Origin: an uncultured Halobacteriales archaeon
Lineage (GTDB): Archaea; Thermoplasmatota; E2; JACPAO01; JAHWKR01
Direction of reading: 5' to 3'
Assembly: GCA_964452895.1 (NCBI GenBank)
Contig: CAYVRY010000001.1
Span: 525-64,524 of the forward strand
DNA length: 64,000 nucleotides
In this document: piece after piece, positions 39,703 through 47,994 of the stretch
Position numbering within the stretch: position 1 is the first letter of the stretch
Layout: every line of letters begins with the position of its first letter
Translations under genes and position numbers: made by a program
The notes under the pieces: model-generated
Databases searched by the model: none
Told to the model about the DNA's origin: nothing
What the model saw: only the letters and a program-made list of their open reading frames with translations

Positions 39703-40536
39703 CTAGGCGGTGAACTCCAGTTCCATCCCGGGAGACGGTGCGATCCAAGAGTACAGGAACAACCATTTCGTGCCCTCCGGCAACGTCCCGGCGCAGGCAT
39801 CACCACCGTTGTTCAGGTCCGTCCCGAGCGGTTCCAGGTCCTCGTTGAACGCGGTGCAGTCCGTGTCCTGGTAATCCTCGAGGCCGTTGGTCACGCTGAA
39901 GCTGAGGCCCCAGTAGCTCTCGTCGAGTTCCTGCCAGTGTCCGTCGATGGCGGGTTCTTCCGGGCCGAGAAGCGCGGAAACGCACATCAACCCGACTTCT
40001 TCGTCCAGGGCGCCGACGCATCCGAGCGTCGGCTGGTCGTACGTGAACACCAGCTCATCGGGCACGCTTTGGCCTGCCTCGATAGTCAGATCCACCGTCT
40101 CCTCGACGGTCTGGGAGTCTCCGTAGGTGAGCGTGAAGGTCGCCGTGAAGTTGCCGGCGTCATAGCCGTGAACGAGGGAATCCTCACCGTCGGTCACGTC
40201 GCCGTCTTCCGTGGCGCCGTCCCCAAGTGCGAGGCTCCAGGTCGCGTTCTCGTCGTTGGTCTCCACGTCCCATGTGAACGTGACGTTCACGGGCGCGGTC
40301 CCGCTTGTGGGGTCCGCGCTGAAGGATTCAATGGAGGCCGTCCACTCTGCGTCGTCTCCAGGACCCGACGTGTCATCGGGATCCGACGCGTCGTCGGGGT
40401 CCGAGGTGTCACCCGAGTCGTCACCGTCGGTCGCGTCGTCATCGGTCGTGTCTACGGGATCGTCCCCGCCGGAGAGGCACCCAGAGAATACCAAGGCAAA
40501 AAGCATGAGCACGGCGAGGGAGAGTTGGAATCGCAT
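39703..40536 (-). CDS. PKD-domain lipoprotein with Asp/Thr/Ser-rich linker
   Basis: FSGC lipobox, ADPTSGTAPVNVTF, WSLALGDG, HGY.AG.F.ATFTLT. Confidence 0.8.
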   Translation of the reverse strand: MRFQLSLAVLMLFALVFSGCLSGGDDPVDTTDDDATDGDDSGDTSDPDDASDPDDTSGPGDDAEWTASIESFSADPTSGTAPVNVTFTWDVETNDENATWSLALGDGATEDGDVTDGEDSLVHGYDAGNFTATFTLTYGDSQTVEETVDLTIEAGQSVPDELVFTYDQPTLGCVGALDEEVGLMCVSALLGPEEPAIDGHWQELDESYWGLSFSVTNGLEDYQDTDCTAFNEDLEPLGTDLNNGGDACAGTLPEGTKWLFLYSWIAPSPGMELEFTA

Positions 40537-40726
40537 CAAGAGGGCGGCCCGCATAGGGGCATATAGGTCTTGTGGACGCTTCGTGCTTCAATCCCTGAAG
40601 CCGACACTTTACGGGCGACGCCGATGCCGCGCCCATGGTTTGAACAGTCGCTCCCATTGCGAACCGGCCGCCAGCGTTAAATCGTCCCCCGGGGTCGCCC
40701 ACTCTCTGGATTCCGGCATGGCACGC

Positions 40727-40799
40727 GGGCCCGTGGTCTAGGGGTTATGACGGCGCCCTTACAAGGCGCAGATCACCGGTTCAAATCCGGTCGGGCCCA
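40727..40799 (+). tRNA. tRNA-Val (anticodon TAC)
   Basis: GGGCCCG/CGGGCCC acceptor stem, GCGCC-CT-TAC-AA-GGCGC anticodon arm, ACCGG-TTCAAAT-CCGGT T arm; no encoded CCA. Confidence 0.97.
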
Positions 40800-40877
40800 T
40801 CCCCTTCTTGTGCGTCCGGGTGGGGGGGACCGGACGCACTTCCTGCAAAGGGAAACCGACGGAATGCATGTGGCCGC

Positions 40878-41141
40878 TCAAGGCCACGGTGCCTCCATGG
40901 TGATGTTCACGGGTGTCCCTTCACGCACCGGTTTGGGCACTTTGATGGCGACCTCTTGGCCGGCCTCCGCCAACCGGATCGGCGTATGGTTCAGTTCCAG
41001 GCTCTCCACGGGCAGGGTCACTTCCCCGTCGGTGCTTTCCAGTTGGACGAAATCCCCGAGGCGAAGGATGTCGTTGAGTCGCACCGCTGCGACGTTTATG
41101 TTCGTGTAGTAACGGGTCACGGTCCCGACTTGGCCGGTCAT
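40878..41141 (-). CDS. Stand-alone translation elongation factor-like beta-barrel protein (EF-Tu domain II / U32 C-term-like)
   Basis: VGTVTRYY..INVA.V.L...L.LGD...VESLE.....AEAGQEVAIKV..PVREG pattern. Confidence 0.75.
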   Translation of the reverse strand: MTGQVGTVTRYYTNINVAAVRLNDILRLGDFVQLESTDGEVTLPVESLELNHTPIRLAEAGQEVAIKVPKPVREGTPVNITMEAPWP

Positions 41142-41245
41142 ACATTGTGGATTGCGCGGGGCCGGCCAAATAGACTGTCTCCAGCAGGACATGTAGGCCG
41201 ACCGGGATTGTGCCTCGGCGAAAGGGCCCGGCCCCCCGTCAAGGA

Positions 41246-41253
41246 TATAAATA
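41246..41253 (+). promoter_or_regulatory. TATA box for tRNA-Gln
   Basis: TATAAATA preceded by purine-rich AAGGA, about 42 nt before the tRNA. Confidence 0.6.
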
Positions 41254-41294
41254 GGACGTTCGTAGCCGCGCCTGGCCCGGTGCACGTTTCTCGC

Positions 41295-41367
41295 AGCCCC
41301 GTAGTGTAGAGGCCAATCATGGGGGACTCTGGATCCCCCGACCGCGGTTCGAATCCGCGCGGGGCTA
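41295..41367 (+). tRNA. tRNA-Gln (anticodon CTG)
   Basis: AGCCCCG/CGGGGCT acceptor stem (archaeal A1:U72), GGGGA-CT-CTG-GA-TCCCC, CGCGG-TTCGAAT-CCGCG; no CCA. Confidence 0.97.
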
Positions 41368-41428
41368 TCCCAGGGCGGGCATTGACCCCCCATCATGTTT
41401 CGATGTGGCAGGGTTCCACACTTCGGTC

Positions 41429-41908
41429 TTATTCGTGGTCGTGTTCGCGCCTGATCACCATGGTGTCTGAGTCCAGGATCTGGACGCGCAGACCGTCTTG
41501 GTTGTGAAGGTCCATCATGCGCACGACGTCTTTGGGCCAATAGGTGCCCAGGTTCCTGCCGGAGACGCTTGTCACTTTTGCCTGGTAATCTGTAAGGATC
41601 CTCTCGGGACCGTTTTCTTCCAATGTGATCTCTTCAAAGGCTTCCAGGAACTCCGTCGCGCACTGGGTGCACCGTGCGCCATGAAGATTGTGGTGGATCA
41701 GGACGATCGAGCCGACGGTGGTTTCCCGCATGAGGTCGTCGCGGCTTTCGAGGGTACGTCTTTGGCACACGGGGCACTTCCTTTTCGTCCCTGACGGGAA
41801 CGCCCGCGGCTTGTCCTTCATGAGACGGTTGCGGGTCTCGTGCATCGCTTGTGCCCAATCCTGCGGGTTCGGCGTGGTCTTGTTTTTTGGGTCCGTTGTT
41901 GCGCTCAT
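41429..41908 (-). CDS. Putative antitoxin: MqsA/YgiT-type Zn ribbon fused to an AbrB/MazE-like domain
   Basis: CPVC...NL.GARCTQC..EF then KVTSVSGRNLGTYWPKDVVRMMDL...LRVQILD. Confidence 0.65.
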   Translation of the reverse strand: MSATTDPKNKTTPNPQDWAQAMHETRNRLMKDKPRAFPSGTKRKCPVCQRRTLESRDDLMRETTVGSIVLIHHNLHGARCTQCATEFLEAFEEITLEENGPERILTDYQAKVTSVSGRNLGTYWPKDVVRMMDLHNQDGLRVQILDSDTMVIRREHDHE

Positions 41909-41913
41909 GTAGA

Positions 41914-42204
41914 TCACACGTGATAGGCCGTCACGACGAGGAGGAGGGTGCCGCCCCGATCTTGGTGCACGTCGAAGTCCACTCGCAGCCGGCGTTTGTG
42001 GGGAAGGTTCGAGAGTGCATACCACCCCCTTTGGTGCAAGACCTTTCCGTCTTCCGATTCCCTGATGTCTTTGGCGACATGGTAACAGCGTTCCAAGGCC
42101 ACGAGAACCGCCTGGAAAGGGATGCCCCGTTTTCCGGGATGATAATTGGGCGCCTTGACAACCTGTCCATTCCGGGCCAAGTCGTGCACTTCATGGACAT
42201 CCAT
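41914..42204 (-). CDS. Putative toxin, DUF4258-like RNase
   Basis: 96 aa, H..KRGI....V..AL and C-terminal LLVVTAY; 5 nt upstream of the Zn-ribbon gene. Confidence 0.55.
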   Translation of the reverse strand: MDVHEVHDLARNGQVVKAPNYHPGKRGIPFQAVLVALERCYHVAKDIRESEDGKVLHQRGWYALSNLPHKRRLRVDFDVHQDRGGTLLLVVTAYHV

Positions 42205-42229
42205 GGGCTCAAAAACACCGTCAACGTAG

Positions 42230-42278
42230 TTACGTGTATTACACGTGCATATATAAGCTTTACGTGTTTTGCACGTAA
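42230..42278 (-). promoter_or_regulatory. TATA box flanked by two ACGTG-N5-CACGT palindromic operators
   Basis: TTACGTG-TATTA-CACGT (42230-42246) and TTACGTG-TTTTG-CACGTAA (42260-42278), 30 bp apart, with TTATATAT (minus, 42256-42249) between them. Confidence 0.75.
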
Positions 42279-42292
42279 GACCCTCCTGCTGT

Positions 42293-42952
42293 TCATGATG
42301 GGGCTGTGTACTGCGTGAGAATGGGCGCCGTCAGCAGGAGACCCATCGCAGCCACGAAGATCCAGTGGTACGGTGCCGGCGGGTCGGCCGCTTGGACCTG
42401 CAGGACCATTGCTGCCGCGAGCAACCCAAGCCACAGGACGCTCACCGCGAACGCCTTCGTGCGCACGGTGAGCCCTCTACGGGGGATCTGCGACATGCCA
42501 GAGGTTGTGTCCAGGGAGGTGGGTCGCGTGGCCAGGAACACCGTCACGCTCGTGGCGATCACCAACAGCACCGCCTGCAGGTAGACCTCTCGCGCGGCGG
42601 GCACGGTGAAATGAAGTACACTCATGGACACGAGGATGCCGACCCACACACTGGCGATACCGACCCGCTTCGTCCGATGTGAGAGGCTGCGGTGCTGTTC
42701 CCAGTCGTTGAGGATGGGCCCGAAGACCCGGTGGCCGTAGATCCAACGGTACATGCGTTCGGAGCTGCGCCCGTAACAATAGGCGGCAAGCAGCAGGAAG
42801 GGGGTGGTGGGGAGGAATCCGCGGATGAACAAGCCGAGCGTCGCAAGCCCGAGGCTGAGGGTGCCCAGGACCAGATAGAGCGCCCGCTGCAACGGATTGC
42901 GCGCCAGGCGCAGGCCGGCTCGGTCCACCAGGGTCTGCGGTTCCCCGTGCAT
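42293..42952 (-). CDS. YbaN/DUF454 family membrane protein with duplicated C-terminal hairpin
   Basis: LPTTPFLLLAAYCYGRSS.R...W...H..FGP.L.DW signature. Confidence 0.85.
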   Translation of the reverse strand: MHGEPQTLVDRAGLRLARNPLQRALYLVLGTLSLGLATLGLFIRGFLPTTPFLLLAAYCYGRSSERMYRWIYGHRVFGPILNDWEQHRSLSHRTKRVGIASVWVGILVSMSVLHFTVPAAREVYLQAVLLVIATSVTVFLATRPTSLDTTSGMSQIPRRGLTVRTKAFAVSVLWLGLLAAAMVLQVQAADPPAPYHWIFVAAMGLLLTAPILTQYTAPS

Positions 42953-43140
42953 CGGCGCCACCTGCGCCCGGGTACAAAAAAAGCCACCCGCAATCACCAT
43001 TGACATGGCAACCTTGTCTCGCTCCTTGGGGATTGGGTCGTGGGGGCCGCACGGGGGGAGGGGCACTTTGTCTGATGGGACGTGGGTGCTTCATGTGGTC
43101 TTTACATGGCCTGGTGGGTCCGAGTGGGCCATGAGCCCGC

Positions 43141-44997
43141 GTGCCTTCTTCTCGCCGCGTCTTGTTCTTTCGGCGTTTCGCCGCTGTGACCAACTCCAGC
43201 GCGCGCCAGGCCGCCGACCAGGAGGCTCGTTTGCAGGCCATGCGGTGGACGGAGACCCGCGACGGGAACCGCCGGATCTCGTTGGCCACCTTGCCGGTTC
43301 TGGCGCTGCTCGGTCTCTATCTGCTGGTTTGGCCACCGCCGGATCTGGGGCGGCTGGCGGGCGCCATCGCGCTCGGGATGGCCGGCGTGATCCTCCTCGT
43401 CGTCTTGACGGCCCTGCAGCCCAACAGCGACCCGGGCCTGGCGGTCCCGTTGAGCACGGGAAGTTCCGTGGCCTTGGCCGCGTTGCTCACTGCGTTCCTG
43501 GTGGTCAGTGGCGAACCGGCGGCCGCGGTGGGTCTCTCGCTCGTGGTCGTCGCGGCGGGGGTCTTCATCCTGTCCGTCCCTGCACTCGTGGTGATCGCGC
43601 TCGCGGTCCATGTCGGATTCATGATGGCGGTCGTTCACCATGGTGGCGACACGGCGTGGTTGTTGGCCGGTGCGGGTCTGGTCTTGTCCGTGGTGTTGGC
43701 GGGTCTCGCGCACCACCGGCAGATACGCGTGTTGAAGGCAACGCTTCGCCTGGCGGACCGGGAGCGACGTCATGAGGTGGAGATGGAGAAGGCCTTCCGC
43801 AGATCGCGTGATGCGGAGCTGAACGCGAAGCGGCTTTCCGAGTCGGCTTCGGCCGGGATCCAGGCGCAGCGTGAGCGGGAGGCGTTGCGCGGGCGCATGC
43901 AGTCGATCCTGGACAGTGCGGGGGAAGGGATCATCGGGACGGACCATCAGGGCCGTGTGGTTTTCGTCAATGAGGCGGCCGCCCGGTTGACCGGCTTCCC
44001 GGAGGGTCAACTTGTGCGGGAGAACCTGCATGAACTCGTGCATCATTCCCGTGCAGACGGCTCTGTGTATCCGGCCTCGGAGTGTCCGGTCCGGGAGGTC
44101 CTGGACCGGCGTCGTGTCCGGGAGGTGGAAGGGGAGGTGTTCTGGCATCGCGACGGTTCTTCTTTCCCGGTGTCGTACGTGGCGAGCCCGTTGGTCGAGG
44201 AGGGGAAGGTGCGGGGGGTCGTCGTGGTTTTCCAGGATGTGACGGAACGTGCGGAACTGGAGAAGATGAAGGATGAGCTGGTCAGTGTGGTCAGTCATGA
44301 ACTGCGCACCCCGCTGACCTCGATCCACGGTTCGTTGAAGCTGCTCTCCGGCACCATGAAGGACGCCTTGCCGAAGCAGGGGGCGAAGCTCATCGACATG
44401 GCTTCGCGCAACACGGAGCGTCTGATCCGGCTGGTCAATGACCTGTTGGACCTGGAGCGGCTGCGGGCCGGGCGGTTCGAGATGGCGGTCTCGCCCGTGG
44501 GCACCAGGGAGCTCGCGGTGGAGGCGGTCCAGAGTCTGCAGGGTTTCGCGCACAGCCACGACGTCCGTCTCGTGACCGCCGGGGAGGACGTGACGATCGT
44601 CGCGGACGGACATCGGGTCCATCAGGCTTTGGTGAACCTGATCTCGAACGCGGTGAAGTTCTCCCCGATCGGGGGCACCGTGCGGGTGAGCACCGAGATG
44701 GATCCGGACCGGGTCTGGTTCAGTGTGGTGGACGAGGGACCGGGGATCCCTCGCGACAAACAGAAACAACTGTTCCGGCGGTTCTCCCAGTTGGACGTGG
44801 GCGACGCCCGGGACAAAGGGGGAAGCGGGTTGGGTCTTGCGATCACGCGGGGCATCGTGGAGGCCCACGGCGGACATGTGGGTCTCGTCAGCGAGCCGGG
44901 GAAAGGCAGCACGTTCTACATGATGCTGCCGCGGGAGAACATGGAAACGGGCGAAGACATCCGCGGGGAGGACCCCAACGAGGTGGATGTACAATGA
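43141..44997 (+). CDS. Membrane PAS-domain sensor histidine kinase
   Basis: N-terminal TM helices, PAS (EGIIGTD..GRVVFVN), SHELRTPL, NLISNAVKF, DEGPGI, GSGLGLAI; start may be GTG 43186. Confidence 0.93.
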   Translation: MPSSRRVLFFRRFAAVTNSSARQAADQEARLQAMRWTETRDGNRRISLATLPVLALLGLYLLVWPPPDLGRLAGAIALGMAGVILLVVLTALQPNSDPGLAVPLSTGSSVALAALLTAFLVVSGEPAAAVGLSLVVVAAGVFILSVPALVVIALAVHVGFMMAVVHHGGDTAWLLAGAGLVLSVVLAGLAHHRQIRVLKATLRLADRERRHEVEMEKAFRRSRDAELNAKRLSESASAGIQAQREREALRGRMQSILDSAGEGIIGTDHQGRVVFVNEAAARLTGFPEGQLVRENLHELVHHSRADGSVYPASECPVREVLDRRRVREVEGEVFWHRDGSSFPVSYVASPLVEEGKVRGVVVVFQDVTERAELEKMKDELVSVVSHELRTPLTSIHGSLKLLSGTMKDALPKQGAKLIDMASRNTERLIRLVNDLLDLERLRAGRFEMAVSPVGTRELAVEAVQSLQGFAHSHDVRLVTAGEDVTIVADGHRVHQALVNLISNAVKFSPIGGTVRVSTEMDPDRVWFSVVDEGPGIPRDKQKQLFRRFSQLDVGDARDKGGSGLGLAITRGIVEAHGGHVGLVSEPGKGSTFYMMLPRENMETGEDIRGEDPNEVDVQ

Positions 44998-45057
44998 CGT
45001 GGATCACCAGGCGTGTGATTTTTTTGGGTTCACGAGCCGGAATGGCGATAGGGAGGT

Positions 45058-45447
45058 ATGGGCATGACGCGGCAGGTATTGATCATTGACGACGACGAGG
45101 ACATCCGGGAAGTTGCGAAGATGGCGCTGGAGGCCACCACCACATGGGGGGTCCGGGCCTTGGCGGACGGGCCGTCCGGGCTGGAGGCGGCCCGTGCGGA
45201 TCCACCGGATGCGATCCTTCTGGATTACATGATGCCGGGCATGGACGGGCTCACGGCGCTGGGTGAATTGAAGAAGAACGACTCGACGCGGCACGTCCCG
45301 GTGGTCGTGTTCACCGCGAAATCGGAACCGGGGCTCGCCCAGCGGCTGCACGACGCCGGGGCGATCGGGCACGTGGTCAAGCCGTTCGATCCCATGAGCT
45401 TGGCCGAGAAACTGGAGGGACTCTTGGGTTGGAACCGCGAGCGTTGA
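45058..45447 (+). CDS. Stand-alone response regulator (REC)
   Basis: LIIDDD, LLDYMMPGMDG, FTA, KPF; GGAGGT upstream. Confidence 0.93.
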   Translation: MGMTRQVLIIDDDEDIREVAKMALEATTTWGVRALADGPSGLEAARADPPDAILLDYMMPGMDGLTALGELKKNDSTRHVPVVVFTAKSEPGLAQRLHDAGAIGHVVKPFDPMSLAEKLEGLLGWNRER

Positions 45448-47993
45448 AAAAACTTCATACGACCGATGGGGCTCGCACGGAGAAGAGGCCGGGGCCGGAC
45501 CGGGTCCCGCCCGCGTTGGTCCCACTGTGGCAGCGGGCCCGTGGGAGCATGCAGGGACGCCTTGGCGTGTTGCAAAGCGCTTTGGCGGAACTGGAAAACG
45601 GCGGCATTTCCATCGGGACCCGGGAAGCGGCGATCCGGGAGTCGCACAAACTCGCCGGCAGCCTCGGTACCTACGGCCTCTTGCACGGCTCGGAAGTTGC
45701 GCGGGAGATTGAAGAGCGTCTTGAGCACGATGCACTGGTCCGCGCGGATTCACCCTGGTTGCGCGCCCGCGTCGAACGGATTCAGCAGCTGCTCGAGGAA
45801 GCCGGGGGCCAAGGCACGCCGCAGCGCGCCCCTGGGGACACCGGACCCCCACCCGTTTCCCTGGGCGGGCCCACCCCTGTGCACTGGGACCCGGAACATC
45901 CCACGCCGGGAACCGTGCATGCGGACGGGGCCACGACGGAGGATCGCCGGCAGACACCGGCCGCCCGCCGCGCCCCGGTGGAGGCGCACCATGGCCGGGG
46001 GCCGCTGGCGCGCTTTCTTCGCAGTGTGTTGGAGGACCTGGTGGAGCAGGAAGCCTTCGTAGCGAAGCTGATTCGCGCCTCTGGACACGGTTCCCCCCAA
46101 GAACCGCAGTTGGCCACCCGGGCGGCCAGGGCCGCTGCGCTGGCGCAGGCGGAAGAGGGACTTGCCGGTTTGTCAAGGCGGTTGCAGCGCATCGGTCTGG
46201 ACCGCCCGGCGCATCAGGCCCGGTTGTTGGCCGCCTGCTTCAAGCCGGGCATGAAAAGCTCCGAGGCGGTGCACGTGGCGAAGGGGCTTCTTGAGTTGGT
46301 GCGGTCGTTGACGCGGTGGTGCCCTGAGATCCCAGCGCGATGGGACGACGCCTTGGTCTGGGTCGTCTCCAGGGATCCCGACTGGCGCGATGAAATGGGG
46401 GCGGCGTTGGAGGCCATGGGGCAACGCGTGATGCTGTCGGCCCAGGCGCACGACGCGGGTTTGTGGATGCAGACGAAGAGACCCACGGGCGTCGTCGCGC
46501 ACGCGGCTGACCCGGGCGATTCACTGGGCCTGCCTGACGGTCTTCTGGGGCCGGCTGGAGGGTTGCCGATCCTCGTCGTCTTGGACCAGCCGGGAATCGA
46601 CGACCGGGTACGTGCCGCGCGCGCGGGCGCCCACCGGGTCGTGGAGCGCGCCGCTGCACCCCGGGAGATCGCCACCACGTTCCGCGATCTGGTGCAGTCG
46701 CGTCAACGTACGGGGGGCCGGGTGCTCGTCGTGGACGACGATGAGACGATCGTTTCCATGGTGCGGGAGGTACTGGTCTGGCACGGCTTCGAGGTCACGG
46801 CGGTGGTGGGGACACACCGAATCTGGGATGCATTGGAGTCTTGTTCCCCGCATTTGGTGGTCACCGATCTGAACATGCCCGGCATCGACGGCGTGGACCT
46901 CTGCCTGGCCTTGCGCACGGACCCGCGCTGGGAGAACCTGAGCGTGGTGTTCTTGTCCGCCCGCGATGACGAACAGAGTCTGCGGCGGGTGTTCGAAGCG
47001 GGAGCGGACGATTTCGTGCCGAAACCTGTGGACCCGGCGGTCCTGGTGGCACGGGTGCAGAACCGGTTGGCCCGGAAGAACGCGCGCATGGCCACCGGCC
47101 ATCTTGACCCGGTGACCCGTTTGCCGGCCGGACCGTCCTTCGAGGATCGGCTGAAGGGTCTTGTGGAGACGTCGGCCAAGGAGCACTCCAGGATCACCAT
47201 CGCCGTGGTGCGGCTTGATTCGGCGTCGCGTCTGCGCCAGGAGGTCGGGTACGTGGCCACCGAGCGCGAGGAGGCGCGTCTGGCTCGGGTGCTTGCGGCT
47301 CACCTGGAGGTCGGTTCCTTGGTGGGCCGGTTGGACATGGATCGGTTCGTGGTGGCACTGGACGGCATGGATGCCCAGGATGCGAAGAAGACGCTGCGGC
47401 TCGTGGTGGAAGAGTTCCAGGCGGCGCGGATGCGCGCCGGGCAAGAGTCCTTGACCGGGGCGGGTGTTTCCGCTGGGGTCGCGCAACGTTCGCTCCATGG
47501 CAGGGACCTGCGTGAGCTCATGGATCAAGCGGACGCGGCGCGCCGACACGCGGAACAGGCGGGGGGCTCGCGGGTCCACATCGCGGGCGGGGAAGGGCAA
47601 GGCCGTCCCGTCGAGAAGGTGGATGTGCTCGTCGTGGACGACGACCCCACCATCGGGCATCTGCTCGTGGAGACGTTGAGCCAGAAAGGCTGGCGGGTCT
47701 CATGGGAGTGCGACAGTGCGCGAGCACTCAAGCGCCTGGCCGGTGAACATCGTGACCTGAAGGCCCGCGTGATCCTTCTGGATGTGAACATGCCCGGGAT
47801 GGACGGTCTCACGGTGCTCCGGTTGTTGGCGAAGCGGGGGGTGGTGCCCGAGACCCGGGTGATCATGCTCACCGTGCGGGCGCGAGAGGATGAGGTGGTG
47901 CGTGCGTTGGGTCTGGGCGCATCGGACCATGTCGCGAAACCGTTCAGTGTCCCCGTGTTGGCCTCCCGCGTCAAGCGGGCTTTGGAGGATTGA
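45444..47993 (+). CDS. Multidomain regulator: Hpt - degenerate REC - REC - degenerate GGDEF - REC
   Basis: HKLAGSLGTYG (Hpt); VVDDD/TDLNMPG/KP; LDPVTRLP..GRLDMDRF..SAGVA (GGDEF fold); VVDDD/LDVNMPG/KPF; start TTG overlapping the upstream stop is assumed. Confidence 0.85.
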   Translation: MKKLHTTDGARTEKRPGPDRVPPALVPLWQRARGSMQGRLGVLQSALAELENGGISIGTREAAIRESHKLAGSLGTYGLLHGSEVAREIEERLEHDALVRADSPWLRARVERIQQLLEEAGGQGTPQRAPGDTGPPPVSLGGPTPVHWDPEHPTPGTVHADGATTEDRRQTPAARRAPVEAHHGRGPLARFLRSVLEDLVEQEAFVAKLIRASGHGSPQEPQLATRAARAAALAQAEEGLAGLSRRLQRIGLDRPAHQARLLAACFKPGMKSSEAVHVAKGLLELVRSLTRWCPEIPARWDDALVWVVSRDPDWRDEMGAALEAMGQRVMLSAQAHDAGLWMQTKRPTGVVAHAADPGDSLGLPDGLLGPAGGLPILVVLDQPGIDDRVRAARAGAHRVVERAAAPREIATTFRDLVQSRQRTGGRVLVVDDDETIVSMVREVLVWHGFEVTAVVGTHRIWDALESCSPHLVVTDLNMPGIDGVDLCLALRTDPRWENLSVVFLSARDDEQSLRRVFEAGADDFVPKPVDPAVLVARVQNRLARKNARMATGHLDPVTRLPAGPSFEDRLKGLVETSAKEHSRITIAVVRLDSASRLRQEVGYVATEREEARLARVLAAHLEVGSLVGRLDMDRFVVALDGMDAQDAKKTLRLVVEEFQAARMRAGQESLTGAGVSAGVAQRSLHGRDLRELMDQADAARRHAEQAGGSRVHIAGGEGQGRPVEKVDVLVVDDDPTIGHLLVETLSQKGWRVSWECDSARALKRLAGEHRDLKARVILLDVNMPGMDGLTVLRLLAKRGVVPETRVIMLTVRAREDEVVRALGLGASDHVAKPFSVPVLASRVKRALED

Positions 47994-47994
47994 T

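Noticed and set aside
41158..41235. Possible ncRNA closed by GGGGCCGG/CCGGCCCC upstream of tRNA-Gln
   Set aside because: An all-GC 8-bp stem is likely by chance; no recognisable family features, and covariation cannot be tested here
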